From positions 30,637-94,636 of the forward strand of contig JADGDV010000008.1 in the NCBI GenBank assembly GCA_016744695.1: a stretch of 64,000 nucleotides of DNA. Reading direction: 5' to 3'. Below are positions 46,514-55,376 of the stretch, in pieces. The stretch is from Hahellaceae bacterium (GTDB taxonomy: Bacteria > Pseudomonadota > Gammaproteobacteria > Pseudomonadales > Oleiphilaceae). The notes under the pieces were generated by a model. It made no database searches. It saw only the letters and a program-made list of their open reading frames with translations, and was not told where the DNA came from. Position 1 is the first letter of the stretch; each line of letters begins with the position of its first letter. The position numbers were made by a program, and so were the translations under genes.

Positions 46514-47653
46514 ATGAAGCAAGGAATTAATGCAGTAAGGAGTATTGCCCAATCAGCGGTACTACCTTTGATGATTGGGGCGGGCATTACATGCTCAGCC
46601 GTGAATGCCAAAGAACTAAACCCGGATATTAGCGTGGTGCTGGATGCTTTGTATATTCAAAACGCCTTTGCTTTAGGGCATGGCGGGCCAGGATTTGTAC
46701 CCGGCCATAACGAACTTTCATTTGGAGCACCTATTGATGACCTGTTCAGTGGGCGCCTAACGGCAGTGATCGAAAGTCATGAAGGTGAAACCGAACTTGA
46801 ATTGGAAGAAGCCTTTATTCAAACAAACGGTCTTGGGTATGGCTTGAGCGTTAAAGCGGGCAGGTTCCTCTCTAACATTGGTTATTTAAACCCCCAACAC
46901 TCTCATGGCGATAGCTTTTCGACACGTCCGGCTGTTTACCGAGCACTGCTAGGCAGTCATTACTTTGATGACGGGCTTCAACTGGCCGTGACCCTCCCTA
47001 CAGATTTTTACTGGAGTCTGTCGGTGGAGGCATTGCAGGGGCAGAGCGTATCTGGCGAGGACGGTATTGGCTTGTATACTTTTAGCACTAAAGTGGGTGG
47101 GGATATTTCTGTATCACAAAGTTGGCAAGCCGGTGTTTCTTATATGAATAACCGCTCGCCTTTGGTCGAGGAAGATAGCCATGACGATCACGATGAGGCG
47201 CATGATCACTCCGGCCACAACCATGGCTTGAGCTATTATGGTGAAAATCTTTATGCCGCAGATCTAGTATGGAAGTGGGCACCAAAAGGCAACAACAGGC
47301 AGCAACAAGTTAGTCTGAGTGCTGAATATTTTTATGTAGATGATCTAAATGAGTTTGCGACTAAAGATGATTTTCATGAGGGTTGGTATACCTCTGCTGT
47401 CTGGCAATTTTCTCCGCAATGGTCAACAGGTTTGCGTTATGGAGAGGTCGATCTAAAGCAACCTCATGGGGATCATTTTCATAGTCAAACGTTGCAAGAA
47501 AGTGACTGGATGCTATCGTATGCACATTCACACTTTTCTACCATTCGGTTGCAATACATGCATCAGTCAGGGGAAGGTTTCACAAATATTGATAATACTG
47601 TGATGCTGCAATACGTAATGAGTTTCGGGGAGCATGGTGCACATGAATTTTAA
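46514..47653 (+). CDS. Zinc-regulated outer-membrane beta-barrel channel/receptor with a His-rich loop
   Basis: Signal peptide; NPDISVVLD, LEEAFIQT, KAGRFLSNIGYLNPQHSH and HSHFSTIRLQY motifs; ends FGEHGAHEF; ATG 46514 after AAGGTG. Confidence 0.75.
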   Translation: MKQGINAVRSIAQSAVLPLMIGAGITCSAVNAKELNPDISVVLDALYIQNAFALGHGGPGFVPGHNELSFGAPIDDLFSGRLTAVIESHEGETELELEEAFIQTNGLGYGLSVKAGRFLSNIGYLNPQHSHGDSFSTRPAVYRALLGSHYFDDGLQLAVTLPTDFYWSLSVEALQGQSVSGEDGIGLYTFSTKVGGDISVSQSWQAGVSYMNNRSPLVEEDSHDDHDEAHDHSGHNHGLSYYGENLYAADLVWKWAPKGNNRQQQVSLSAEYFYVDDLNEFATKDDFHEGWYTSAVWQFSPQWSTGLRYGEVDLKQPHGDHFHSQTLQESDWMLSYAHSHFSTIRLQYMHQSGEGFTNIDNTVMLQYVMSFGEHGAHEF

Positions 47654-48569
47654 GCAGTCAGCTTTACTCATTTTAGTACTGTGCCTTTCGGGAATGAGTG
47701 CTAGGGCAGACTTCAACGTTTTTGCCTGTGAGCCTGAGTGGGCAGATCTGGTTCAATCACTTGTACTAGAGGCCCATATCACAGTCGCGACGAGTGCTTG
47801 GCAAGACCCTCATTATATAGAAGCGCGCCCCAGTCTAATTGCGGCTATGCGCAATAGTAATTTGGCTGTATGTACTGGCGCTTCGTTAGAGGCAGGCTGG
47901 TTACCTGCGTTGATTCAGCGCGCTTCAAACGACACTATTGCAGAAAATCGAGAAGGTCTTTTTTATGCGGCTACCTACGCGCACTTGCATCAGCCTCATG
48001 CGCATGTTGACCGAAGTATGGGAGACGTTCACCCTGAAGGTAACCCGCACTTTCATCTAAATCCGCATGCCGTGCCAAGTATTGTTGAGGCGCTTGTTGA
48101 CCGTATTTCACACGTCGCATCGGCGGAAGAAACTAAATTCTTAAAGGCTCAGCATCTGCGCTGGAAGATGCGCTGGCGGCATGCTCGTGAAGATTGGGAA
48201 GCATACTTACCCAAGTTGCGAGGTATGAAGGTGATTGTGCAGCATACGGGGTTTGAGTATATATTACGCTACGCAGGCATCGAAGCCGTACTTGACCTTG
48301 AACCAAAGCCTGGTTTGCCTCCTACTGCGTCACACTTGAATGCGATCTTGAATGACCCTAGCTTAGATGAGGCGCAGGTTATCATTATCAGTCCTTATCA
48401 AGATCCTCAGCCGGCGCAATGGCTATCAGAGAAAACCGGACTACCGGTGCTTACTTTACCCACAACGGTGACTGACGAGGAGGTGACGGCGACGCTGCCT
48501 AAGCTAATTACCCATATACTTTCTAGTCTTTCAACCTATAGCGGGACAGATACCAAGGGGTTGAACTAA
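47634..48569 (+). CDS. Metal ABC transporter substrate-binding protein (cluster A-I)
   Basis: DPHYIEARPS, GDVHPEGNPHF and EPKPGLPPTASHL motifs. Confidence 0.88.
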   Translation: MVHMNFKQSALLILVLCLSGMSARADFNVFACEPEWADLVQSLVLEAHITVATSAWQDPHYIEARPSLIAAMRNSNLAVCTGASLEAGWLPALIQRASNDTIAENREGLFYAATYAHLHQPHAHVDRSMGDVHPEGNPHFHLNPHAVPSIVEALVDRISHVASAEETKFLKAQHLRWKMRWRHAREDWEAYLPKLRGMKVIVQHTGFEYILRYAGIEAVLDLEPKPGLPPTASHLNAILNDPSLDEAQVIIISPYQDPQPAQWLSEKTGLPVLTLPTTVTDEEVTATLPKLITHILSSLSTYSGTDTKGLN

Positions 48570-48570
48570 C

Positions 48571-49341
48571 ATGACAAATGAGTGGTTCTGGCTGTGGACG
48601 CCCTTGTGCGCCAGTATTTTACTGTCAATAATACTGGTGCCATTAGGAGAGCGTGTTTTACAGCGTGGCGTCGTTTTTGCCGACATTGCTATCGCGCAAT
48701 GGGCTGCTTTGGGTGTTTTACTGGGTGGACAGCTCGCTTGGACGCGAGAATTGACGGCTATATTGCCAGCGCTATCAATCAGTGGTCTATGTTTTTCACT
48801 TCTGGCTTCAGGGCTAGTTCATCTCATTTTGAGGGTTTATGCGCCACATAGGGAGGCGATGATCGGCACCTTATACGTGGCGGGTGCAAGCCTTGCAACG
48901 ATGAGTGTCAGTCATGACCCACATGGTGCCCAAGCACTCGCTGCAACGCTTAATGGTGATTTATTATGGGCTTCAACAAATCACTTTTACGCACTTATTC
49001 CCATTGCCGTTTGTGTATTTGCGTGGCAAAGAATATCTGTAGCTTTGCAGAACCACCTATTCCTTCCTTTATTTGCGTTGGCCGTTACGGTCGCGGTTGA
49101 AGTAGCAGGCATTTACGTTGTATTTGCCACACTCATTTCAACACCGTTGTTGTTATGTCAACTCGCCGGTAAGCGAATCGCTTCAGCAGTATTAGCGTGT
49201 ATAGCTGCACATTTTATTGGCTTGGTATTAGCGGCTTGGTTAGATTATCCGGTAGGCCCCGTTGTGGTGTTAAGCAGTATTTTGTTTACATCACTGGTGT
49301 TGGTGCTGCTGAGTGGCCTAAAGCGTTACGCCAAGGGGTGA
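48571..49341 (+). CDS. Metal ABC transporter permease (ABC-3 family)
   Basis: RGVVFADIAIAQWAALG and EAMIGTLYV motifs; multiple TM segments. Confidence 0.82.
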   Translation: MTNEWFWLWTPLCASILLSIILVPLGERVLQRGVVFADIAIAQWAALGVLLGGQLAWTRELTAILPALSISGLCFSLLASGLVHLILRVYAPHREAMIGTLYVAGASLATMSVSHDPHGAQALAATLNGDLLWASTNHFYALIPIAVCVFAWQRISVALQNHLFLPLFALAVTVAVEVAGIYVVFATLISTPLLLCQLAGKRIASAVLACIAAHFIGLVLAAWLDYPVGPVVVLSSILFTSLVLVLLSGLKRYAKG

Positions 49342-49344
49342 CCG

Positions 49345-49812
49345 TTAGTCGCACTCATTGCAGATGCAGCTCATCTCTAACTGGGGACTTAATAAGCGAT
49401 AACCCGCTTCCGTTACATTGTGTTCAAACTCTCGCAATACTTGCTTGTCGATGCTTATTTCTTGAACCTTCTGACAACGGTCACAAATTAAAAACTGTGG
49501 GGTGGCGTGTTCGTGGTCGCACGAGATATGTGAGCATGCTACAAATTTTTTTGCCAGACTCAGTTTATGAACGAGCTGCTCTTTTTCTAGAAATTCCAGC
49601 ATGCGATAAACTGACATGGCTGGTAAGTTTTCACCGAACTCTGTTTTACAATAGTCAATTAACTCATAGGCTGACATTGCTTGGTTTGATTTTAGTAAAC
49701 TGGACAGAATGAGTTTTCGCTTATCTGTTAGTCTCGTACCGTGTTGCTGGCAGTGTCGTTCTGCATGATCGATGATTGATTGAAGATTAGTCATAATACT
49801 TATAGATTCCAA
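49345..49812 (-). CDS. Fur-family regulator, Zur-like
   Basis: RLTDKRKLIL, SAYELID, SVYRMLEFL, FVACSH, CDRC and terminal CNEC; start may be ATG 49794. Confidence 0.88.
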   Translation of the reverse strand: MESISIMTNLQSIIDHAERHCQQHGTRLTDKRKLILSSLLKSNQAMSAYELIDYCKTEFGENLPAMSVYRMLEFLEKEQLVHKLSLAKKFVACSHISCDHEHATPQFLICDRCQKVQEISIDKQVLREFEHNVTEAGYRLLSPQLEMSCICNECD

Positions 49813-49942
49813 AACGTTTTGTTTGTTAATTTTAGCAGCTACGTAACGTAATTCTAACTAATCATTTAACCTGATGTTATTTCATTAAGTAAAAGAGGCA
49901 CTTTGCCCGTTGTGCCTGCTTCTGGCATAACCATATTAATAC

Positions 49943-50611
49943 TTAGGAATTAAAATCGAGCGTCAACAATAAGCGAGGAGAGTCAGTACTTGGTGACCGG
50001 TGGATAAGTCCAGCACCTTCGTTTCCTTCCCATAATTCACCCTTCAATAGTGACACGTCTCCCACTGTTAGTTGTTGAATAGAATCACTGCCGGCGTAAA
50101 GTCCGGACTCATGATCAGGCAAACCTCCATGACCATGACCTAACATTGATCGGTCTGTAGCCACATTAGTGAGCCACTCTGTAGCAGGGCCTTGATAGGT
50201 TGTTACTAATCGACACGGTACGCGATCAACATGAAACCTAGGACACATTGCATGACTTAGCACGGTTAACCTAAGTCCCACTCGCTCTTGTTCAAACAAA
50301 CAACAAAACATATCAACTAGCTGCGCAATATCTTTCGCTAATGGGGTTATAACATCTATTTTTCCAAGTTCATCAAACAAACTTGGGAGGGCATTATTAG
50401 GGGTTACCGTCACTGACGTTTGAAAAGTAGGGTTCGCTTCGACAAAAGACGCGACCAACTGCTTTAGATTAGGTGGCAACGTCCGTTGCCAGACCGCAAT
50501 ATTCAAAGCCTCATCATAGATACTTGTTAATACAGATGGGTCGCGCCCCTCATCCAATTGCTTTAAGGGTGAGGGCTGGTCAGGTTTTATAGCAAGTAAT
50601 GACGCGTTCAT
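49943..50611 (-). CDS. DUF1826-family protein
   Basis: [34 protein letters not shown] and HRSP motifs; start 50611 by ATGA overlap. Confidence 0.88.
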   Translation of the reverse strand: MNASLLAIKPDQPSPLKQLDEGRDPSVLTSIYDEALNIAVWQRTLPPNLKQLVASFVEANPTFQTSVTVTPNNALPSLFDELGKIDVITPLAKDIAQLVDMFCCLFEQERVGLRLTVLSHAMCPRFHVDRVPCRLVTTYQGPATEWLTNVATDRSMLGHGHGGLPDHESGLYAGSDSIQQLTVGDVSLLKGELWEGNEGAGLIHRSPSTDSPRLLLTLDFNS

Positions 50612-51816
50612 GCTTCTTCCTCCCATACAGGAAAAGGATCGTCTAACGTTGCCCAGTAATTTTTCCCCTGAAGTAGGTCTTCCTCTGACAACAAACATTC
50701 ATTAAGTACATTCGTCATCTTCGTTTGATCAAGCCCTTGGCCAATAAACACTAACTCTTGTCGCATATCGCCAAACGGTTCAACCCAATTGCTCTTGATA
50801 GATTGCAGGTACGTTTCGTCAGTAGGCCAGCTTGATTCTGGAATAGCTTTCCAAAACATACCCGCGAAACCATATCGGGCTATCCCTCCAGCCTGACTCC
50901 AGCTACCGGCAAAATCGGGCCTAGTTGCGAGCCAAAAGTAGCCTTTAGAACGAAGCAATTTTCCGTACTGCTCAGTTCCATGAAGGAAGTCGTAAAATTT
51001 TTGGGGATAAAAAGGCCTACGTGCAACATATGTAAAACTCCCTATACCGTACTCTTCAGTTTCAGGTACATGCTCACCACGCATTTCTTTTAACCACCCT
51101 GGAGCTTGCTGGGCATGTTCGAAGTCAAATAATCCTGTATTCAATACCTGGTCAATATCCACTCGGCCATTATCGATCGGGATTATTTTTGCTGTGGTAT
51201 TGAGTGTTTTTAAAATAGCAGTGAGTCGACCTACGTCAGCTGGCTTAGCTAAATCGGTTTTGGACAGAAGAATCACATCAGCAAACTCAACCTGATCAAC
51301 TAATAAGTCGGCGACACTTCGTTCATCTTCTTCCCCCAACGACTCGCCAGTGTCTTGCAGCGCATTAGCCGCTTCATAGTCATTTAAAAAATTAACGGCA
51401 TCAACCACGGTGACCATAGTGTCTAGTTTTGCCACGTCAGAGAGTGATATGCCATCTTCATCAGCGAAAGTAAACGTCTCTGCTACAGGGAGGGGCTCGG
51501 AAATGCCGGTTGATTCAATGACTAAGTAATCAAATCGACCATCCTTCGCTAGTTTATTTACCTCGATCAGCAGGTCTTCGCGTAAAGTACAACAGATACA
51601 ACCGTTGCTCATCTCTACCAGTTTTTCGTCACTTCGATTTAATGTTACCTCGTTCTGAACGATTGACGAGTCGATGTTAATCTCACTCATATCATTTACG
51701 ATAACGGCCACTTTTTTTCCATCTCGATTATTTAAAATATGACTTAACACCGTTGTTTTTCCTGCACCGAGAAATCCAGATAAAACGGTAACTGGCAGGC
51801 GCATATTCTGTTGCAT
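50608..51816 (-). CDS. COG0523 zinc metallochaperone GTPase (ZigA/YciC subfamily)
   Basis: [38 protein letters not shown] and C-terminal [11 protein letters not shown] motifs. Confidence 0.93.
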   Translation of the reverse strand: MQQNMRLPVTVLSGFLGAGKTTVLSHILNNRDGKKVAVIVNDMSEINIDSSIVQNEVTLNRSDEKLVEMSNGCICCTLREDLLIEVNKLAKDGRFDYLVIESTGISEPLPVAETFTFADEDGISLSDVAKLDTMVTVVDAVNFLNDYEAANALQDTGESLGEEDERSVADLLVDQVEFADVILLSKTDLAKPADVGRLTAILKTLNTTAKIIPIDNGRVDIDQVLNTGLFDFEHAQQAPGWLKEMRGEHVPETEEYGIGSFTYVARRPFYPQKFYDFLHGTEQYGKLLRSKGYFWLATRPDFAGSWSQAGGIARYGFAGMFWKAIPESSWPTDETYLQSIKSNWVEPFGDMRQELVFIGQGLDQTKMTNVLNECLLSEEDLLQGKNYWATLDDPFPVWEEEA

Positions 51817-51848
51817 GATGAAACTCACTTTCTAAGAAATTATATTAA

Positions 51849-51871
51849 TAAATGTTATGATATAACATAAC
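51849..51871. promoter_or_regulatory. Zur box upstream of the ZigA/YciC gene
   Basis: TGTTATG-A-TATAACA (51853-51867). Confidence 0.88.
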
Positions 51872-51957
51872 GCTTAATTTGGTAAAGCGTTATCATGGAG
51901 AAGGCGCTTCCTCATTGATGATTTTTTTGAACGAGTAATAACTTGTTATGAGTGTGA

Positions 51958-51980
51958 GCTATGTTATAACATAACATACC
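51958..51980. promoter_or_regulatory. Zur box upstream of the DUF1007 gene
   Basis: TGTTATA-A-CATAACA (51962-51976), core ATGTTATAACAT. Confidence 0.85.
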
Positions 51981-52014
51981 TGCATTATCTGACTTACTTA
52001 AATAGGGTTGTACA

Positions 52015-52674
52015 GTGTTTCGTTTTGTAATTGCTCAGTTAATGAGTGCTTGGCTTGTGATGACATTATATTCGTCAGCCGTGCAAGGTCATCCACATAA
52101 TTGGGTGACCTTGAAATCTGACTTTATTTTAGACCCTCAGGTACGCTTGATTGAAATAAGGCAGAAGTGGCATTTTGATGCGTTTTATTCATCTATCACT
52201 ATTGCCGATATAGCCAATGAATTTGGTGAAAATAATAAAGCAGGTTTTCACCATAGAGCTAAAGAAATAATCACTAATTTAGGTAGCTACCAATTTTTTT
52301 CAACATTGAAAGTAGATGAGGTTGAGATAGCATTACCCGCCCCTAAGCGGTATCACTTGAATGTGATAGAAATCGAAGGTCAACAAGTTCTCGAACTCGA
52401 AATGCACTTTGTATTAACGAAAGCGGTTAATATTGAAAACAAAGCGGTGTCGTGGTCTGTTTTCGATCCGACTTACTACATTTCAATGTTATACGTAGAC
52501 CTTTCAGAATTTGTAGTACTGGGTGGGAATGCCACAGAGTGCTCTAAAGAGTTGTTTATACCAGAGCCGTCGAGAGAAGCCATCGACTATGCCAGCACGT
52601 TGGATAGAGAGCAGAGAAACACTGAGGGCTTAGGAGACCTGTTTGCAGAAAAAATTCTGTTGAACTGTTACTAA
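52015..52674 (+). CDS. DUF1007 periplasmic metal-binding protein (ZevA-like)
   Basis: Signal peptide followed by HPHNWV; W.FD.FYS and FDPTYYI motifs. Confidence 0.82.
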   Translation: MFRFVIAQLMSAWLVMTLYSSAVQGHPHNWVTLKSDFILDPQVRLIEIRQKWHFDAFYSSITIADIANEFGENNKAGFHHRAKEIITNLGSYQFFSTLKVDEVEIALPAPKRYHLNVIEIEGQQVLELEMHFVLTKAVNIENKAVSWSVFDPTYYISMLYVDLSEFVVLGGNATECSKELFIPEPSREAIDYASTLDREQRNTEGLGDLFAEKILLNCY

Positions 52675-52687
52675 ATGGACTATATAT

Positions 52688-53641
52688 ATGAATAACACCA
52701 GAACATCACCATTCTTCTCTATCAATCGCTGTCTGCAGTTTGTTTTCTTATTACTGATCATTTTGCTTGTTACAGCAACCTACTTTAACTGGGGGCATCT
52801 GTTAGTCTACATAGTTGATTTTCAGAAGCAGTTGCACGCACTCTTGGCAAAACATATTCAACAAGTCGCAAAATCACCGGAGGTTTATGGGTGGTCACTG
52901 ATTGGTTTAAGTTTTGGTTATGGTGTCTTTCACGCGATTGGGCCAGGCCATGGAAAGGCGGTTATTGTTACTTACCTAGGCACTCAAAAAGAAACCATAA
53001 AAAATGGAATTTTTATATCGTTTGTTGCGGCATTACTTCAATCACTGATTGCGATTATCTTAATTAGTATTTTAGTAATGATAATGAAATTTAAGTTCGC
53101 TGATGTGAAAATGATTGGCGAAGATATAACCATAGCAAGTTATCTTCTGGTCGCCTTCTTGGGCCTTTTTGTGACCTTGAGTTCAATACAAAAACTCTAT
53201 GTTCGATACAAGGAGCGTCAAGCCAGTAAATCTCATACCCCGCATACGCATCAGTGCGGCTGTAATCATGCTCACTCACCTAAAAGTAAGCTCACTTTTT
53301 TTCAAACGTTTATGGTGATTATGTCAATGGGGCTTAGACCTTGCTCCGGTGCTTTAGTTGTGTTGATATATGCCCAATTGGTGAATGCCTATTTATACGG
53401 AATAATCGCTACGCTATTTATGGGGCTAGGTACCGGCCTATCAGTCTCATTGATCGCTTTATCAAGCATTTACGCCAGAAAGTGGTTAGAGCGGATGTCT
53501 GAGACTCAAGAAACACTTCGCTGGAGTATCCCGAACGCATCTATCTATATAAACCTAGCAGGTGGCGGACTTTTGCTCGTTATTGGCTGGGGGCTATTTA
53601 GCACTGCAAGTAAAATGAGTTCTGCCCACCCCTTATTGTAA
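52688..53641 (+). CDS. NiCoT/RcnA-like metal transporter (ZevB-like)
   Basis: YGVFHAIGPGHGKAV, His-rich loop HTPHTHQCGCNHAH, GLRPCSGAL and terminal HPLL. Confidence 0.85.
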   Translation: MNNTRTSPFFSINRCLQFVFLLLIILLVTATYFNWGHLLVYIVDFQKQLHALLAKHIQQVAKSPEVYGWSLIGLSFGYGVFHAIGPGHGKAVIVTYLGTQKETIKNGIFISFVAALLQSLIAIILISILVMIMKFKFADVKMIGEDITIASYLLVAFLGLFVTLSSIQKLYVRYKERQASKSHTPHTHQCGCNHAHSPKSKLTFFQTFMVIMSMGLRPCSGALVVLIYAQLVNAYLYGIIATLFMGLGTGLSVSLIALSSIYARKWLERMSETQETLRWSIPNASIYINLAGGGLLLVIGWGLFSTASKMSSAHPLL

Positions 53642-53659
53642 AGAGGTTATACATAGCTA

Positions 53660-54667
53660 ATGAGTGTTACAAAAGAAAAACTACACGCGATACCAACCAA
53701 CATCATCACAGGGTTCTTGGGGGTCGGTAAAACGACCACCATCATGTACCTCTTAAAGCAAAAACCATCTAACGAGCGTTGGGCAGTGCTAGTTAATGAA
53801 TTTGGCGAAGTGGGTATCGATGGTAGTTTTCTGCAAGGTTCGCATAGCGAAGAAAGTGGTGTGTTTATTCGGGAAGTTCCCGGTGGATGTATGTGTTGTG
53901 CGGCGGGGTTACCCATGCATATTGCACTCAATCAATTGCTGGCTCGCGCAAAACCTGACCGGCTTCTTATCGAGCCCTCCGGCCTCGGACACCCAAAAGA
54001 AGTGCTAGAAGTTTTAAGCGCCGAACACTACAAAGATGTACTGGATATTCAAAAAAATATTACCTTGGTCGACGCCCGAAAATTACATGATAAGCGCTAT
54101 ACCGGCCATGACACATTTGTTCAGCAGATTGACATTGCCGACGTCGTTATAGGGAACAAGCAGGACCTTTATCAGGCGGAAGATAGTGATCTTTTGCACC
54201 GTTACCTAGCAAGTCACAGACAGACGCTCCCACGGGTAATATATGCCAATCATGGTCAAATAAATCCAAATATTTTGTATGGCCCATCGGAAATGCTTCA
54301 GCTAATGAAGATGTCGAAGCCCCATTTACATGGAAGAGACACAGCAACCATAGATAATGCGCCTATTCCTGATAGTGGGTATCTAAGCGTTCAAAACTCG
54401 GGTGAAGGTTATCACAGTATAGGCTGGCGCTTTTCAGCAAGTAAGTGTTTTGACCGACGTAAAATTTACACTTGGCTAAGTGGCCTTGAGGTACAGCGAA
54501 TGAAAGCCGTGTTCATTACTGATGAAGGGGTTTACGCTTATAACATGACTAGCGATGCGCTTACACAGATGGAGCTAGACGAGTGCAACGAAAGCAGAAT
54601 AGAAATCATCACTTTTGAAAAAAATGAAAAGTGGGAGCAAGAATTGCTTGCTTGTCTTGTTTCTTAG
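53660..54667 (+). CDS. Second COG0523/CobW-family GTPase
   Basis: ITGFLGVGKTT, NEFGEVGIDG, GGCMCC and IEPSGLGHP motifs. Confidence 0.92.
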   Translation: MSVTKEKLHAIPTNIITGFLGVGKTTTIMYLLKQKPSNERWAVLVNEFGEVGIDGSFLQGSHSEESGVFIREVPGGCMCCAAGLPMHIALNQLLARAKPDRLLIEPSGLGHPKEVLEVLSAEHYKDVLDIQKNITLVDARKLHDKRYTGHDTFVQQIDIADVVIGNKQDLYQAEDSDLLHRYLASHRQTLPRVIYANHGQINPNILYGPSEMLQLMKMSKPHLHGRDTATIDNAPIPDSGYLSVQNSGEGYHSIGWRFSASKCFDRRKIYTWLSGLEVQRMKAVFITDEGVYAYNMTSDALTQMELDECNESRIEIITFEKNEKWEQELLACLVS

Positions 54668-54753
54668 GGAGTGCACTTGTCGAATCTTGAAATTAACTGT
54701 CCATTACTGTCAGTTAAATTATGAGGAATAAACCTTATTCAAATACACTCTAC

Positions 54754-55239
54754 TTAAGACTTAAGTGCTTTAACTCTTTCAGAATAGGCTTTAAGACCAG
54801 GCCCAAACTGAGGAATAACCTCTTTAGGGTTAATGGTCTCTCCGCATTCTGAGCAGCAAATGTCAACAGACATTTTGTGTTTACATTGTGTGTGCAGGTA
54901 TTCCATGGGCGGGCCATCCCCACCATCCATCCACTTGTCTCCCCATTTGGCTAGTGTCATTAATACGGGGTATAACTCAACGCCCTTACGGGTCAGTTTG
55001 TATTCGTAACGTACAGGCTTTTCTTGATAGGGGGTTTTTCTTAGTATCTCATGCTCTACTAACTTGTTTAACCGGTCTGTCAGCCTGTGTCTACTAAGGC
55101 CAATTTGCTTTTGAAACTTATCAAAACGTTTAGTGCCCATAAAGCTATCGCGTAGAATTAGTAGCGTCCAGCGATCACCCACAATGGAGAGTGCTCTTGC
55201 GACTGAGCAGGGGAATTCTTGAATATTGTCCCACTTCAT
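54754..55239 (-). CDS. HxlR-family winged-helix regulator with a C-terminal Cys-rich extension
   Basis: CSVARALSIVGDRWTLLILR and RYEYKLTRKG motifs; HTQC...CCSECGE tail. Confidence 0.9.
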   Translation of the reverse strand: MKWDNIQEFPCSVARALSIVGDRWTLLILRDSFMGTKRFDKFQKQIGLSRHRLTDRLNKLVEHEILRKTPYQEKPVRYEYKLTRKGVELYPVLMTLAKWGDKWMDGGDGPPMEYLHTQCKHKMSVDICCSECGETINPKEVIPQFGPGLKAYSERVKALKS

Positions 55240-55302
55240 AAGCTATAAACTACCTTCTAATTAACTACATTTTTAACTATATTTTCATATTATAGCTTTA
55301 CA

Positions 55303-55348
55303 AGTTCTATTTTGGAACTTAGTATTAATTAAGTTCCAAAATAGAACT
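55303..55348. promoter_or_regulatory. Twin operator: perfect 19-bp inverted repeat whose arms are AGTTC-N7-GAACT palindromes
   Basis: AGTTCTATTTTGGAACTTA-GTATTAAT-TAAGTTCCAAAATAGAACT. Confidence 0.8.
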
Positions 55349-55376
55349 AACTAGATTTAGATGCTGGAGTGTTAAA

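Noticed and set aside
49197-49712. 171-aa plus-strand ORF
   Set aside because: Overlaps the permease out of frame and the Fur gene antisense; no RBS or motif.
49884-49898. Zur-like half-site TGTTATT-T-CATTAAG upstream of the Fur-family gene
   Set aside because: The right half matches only 3 of 7; too weak to call.
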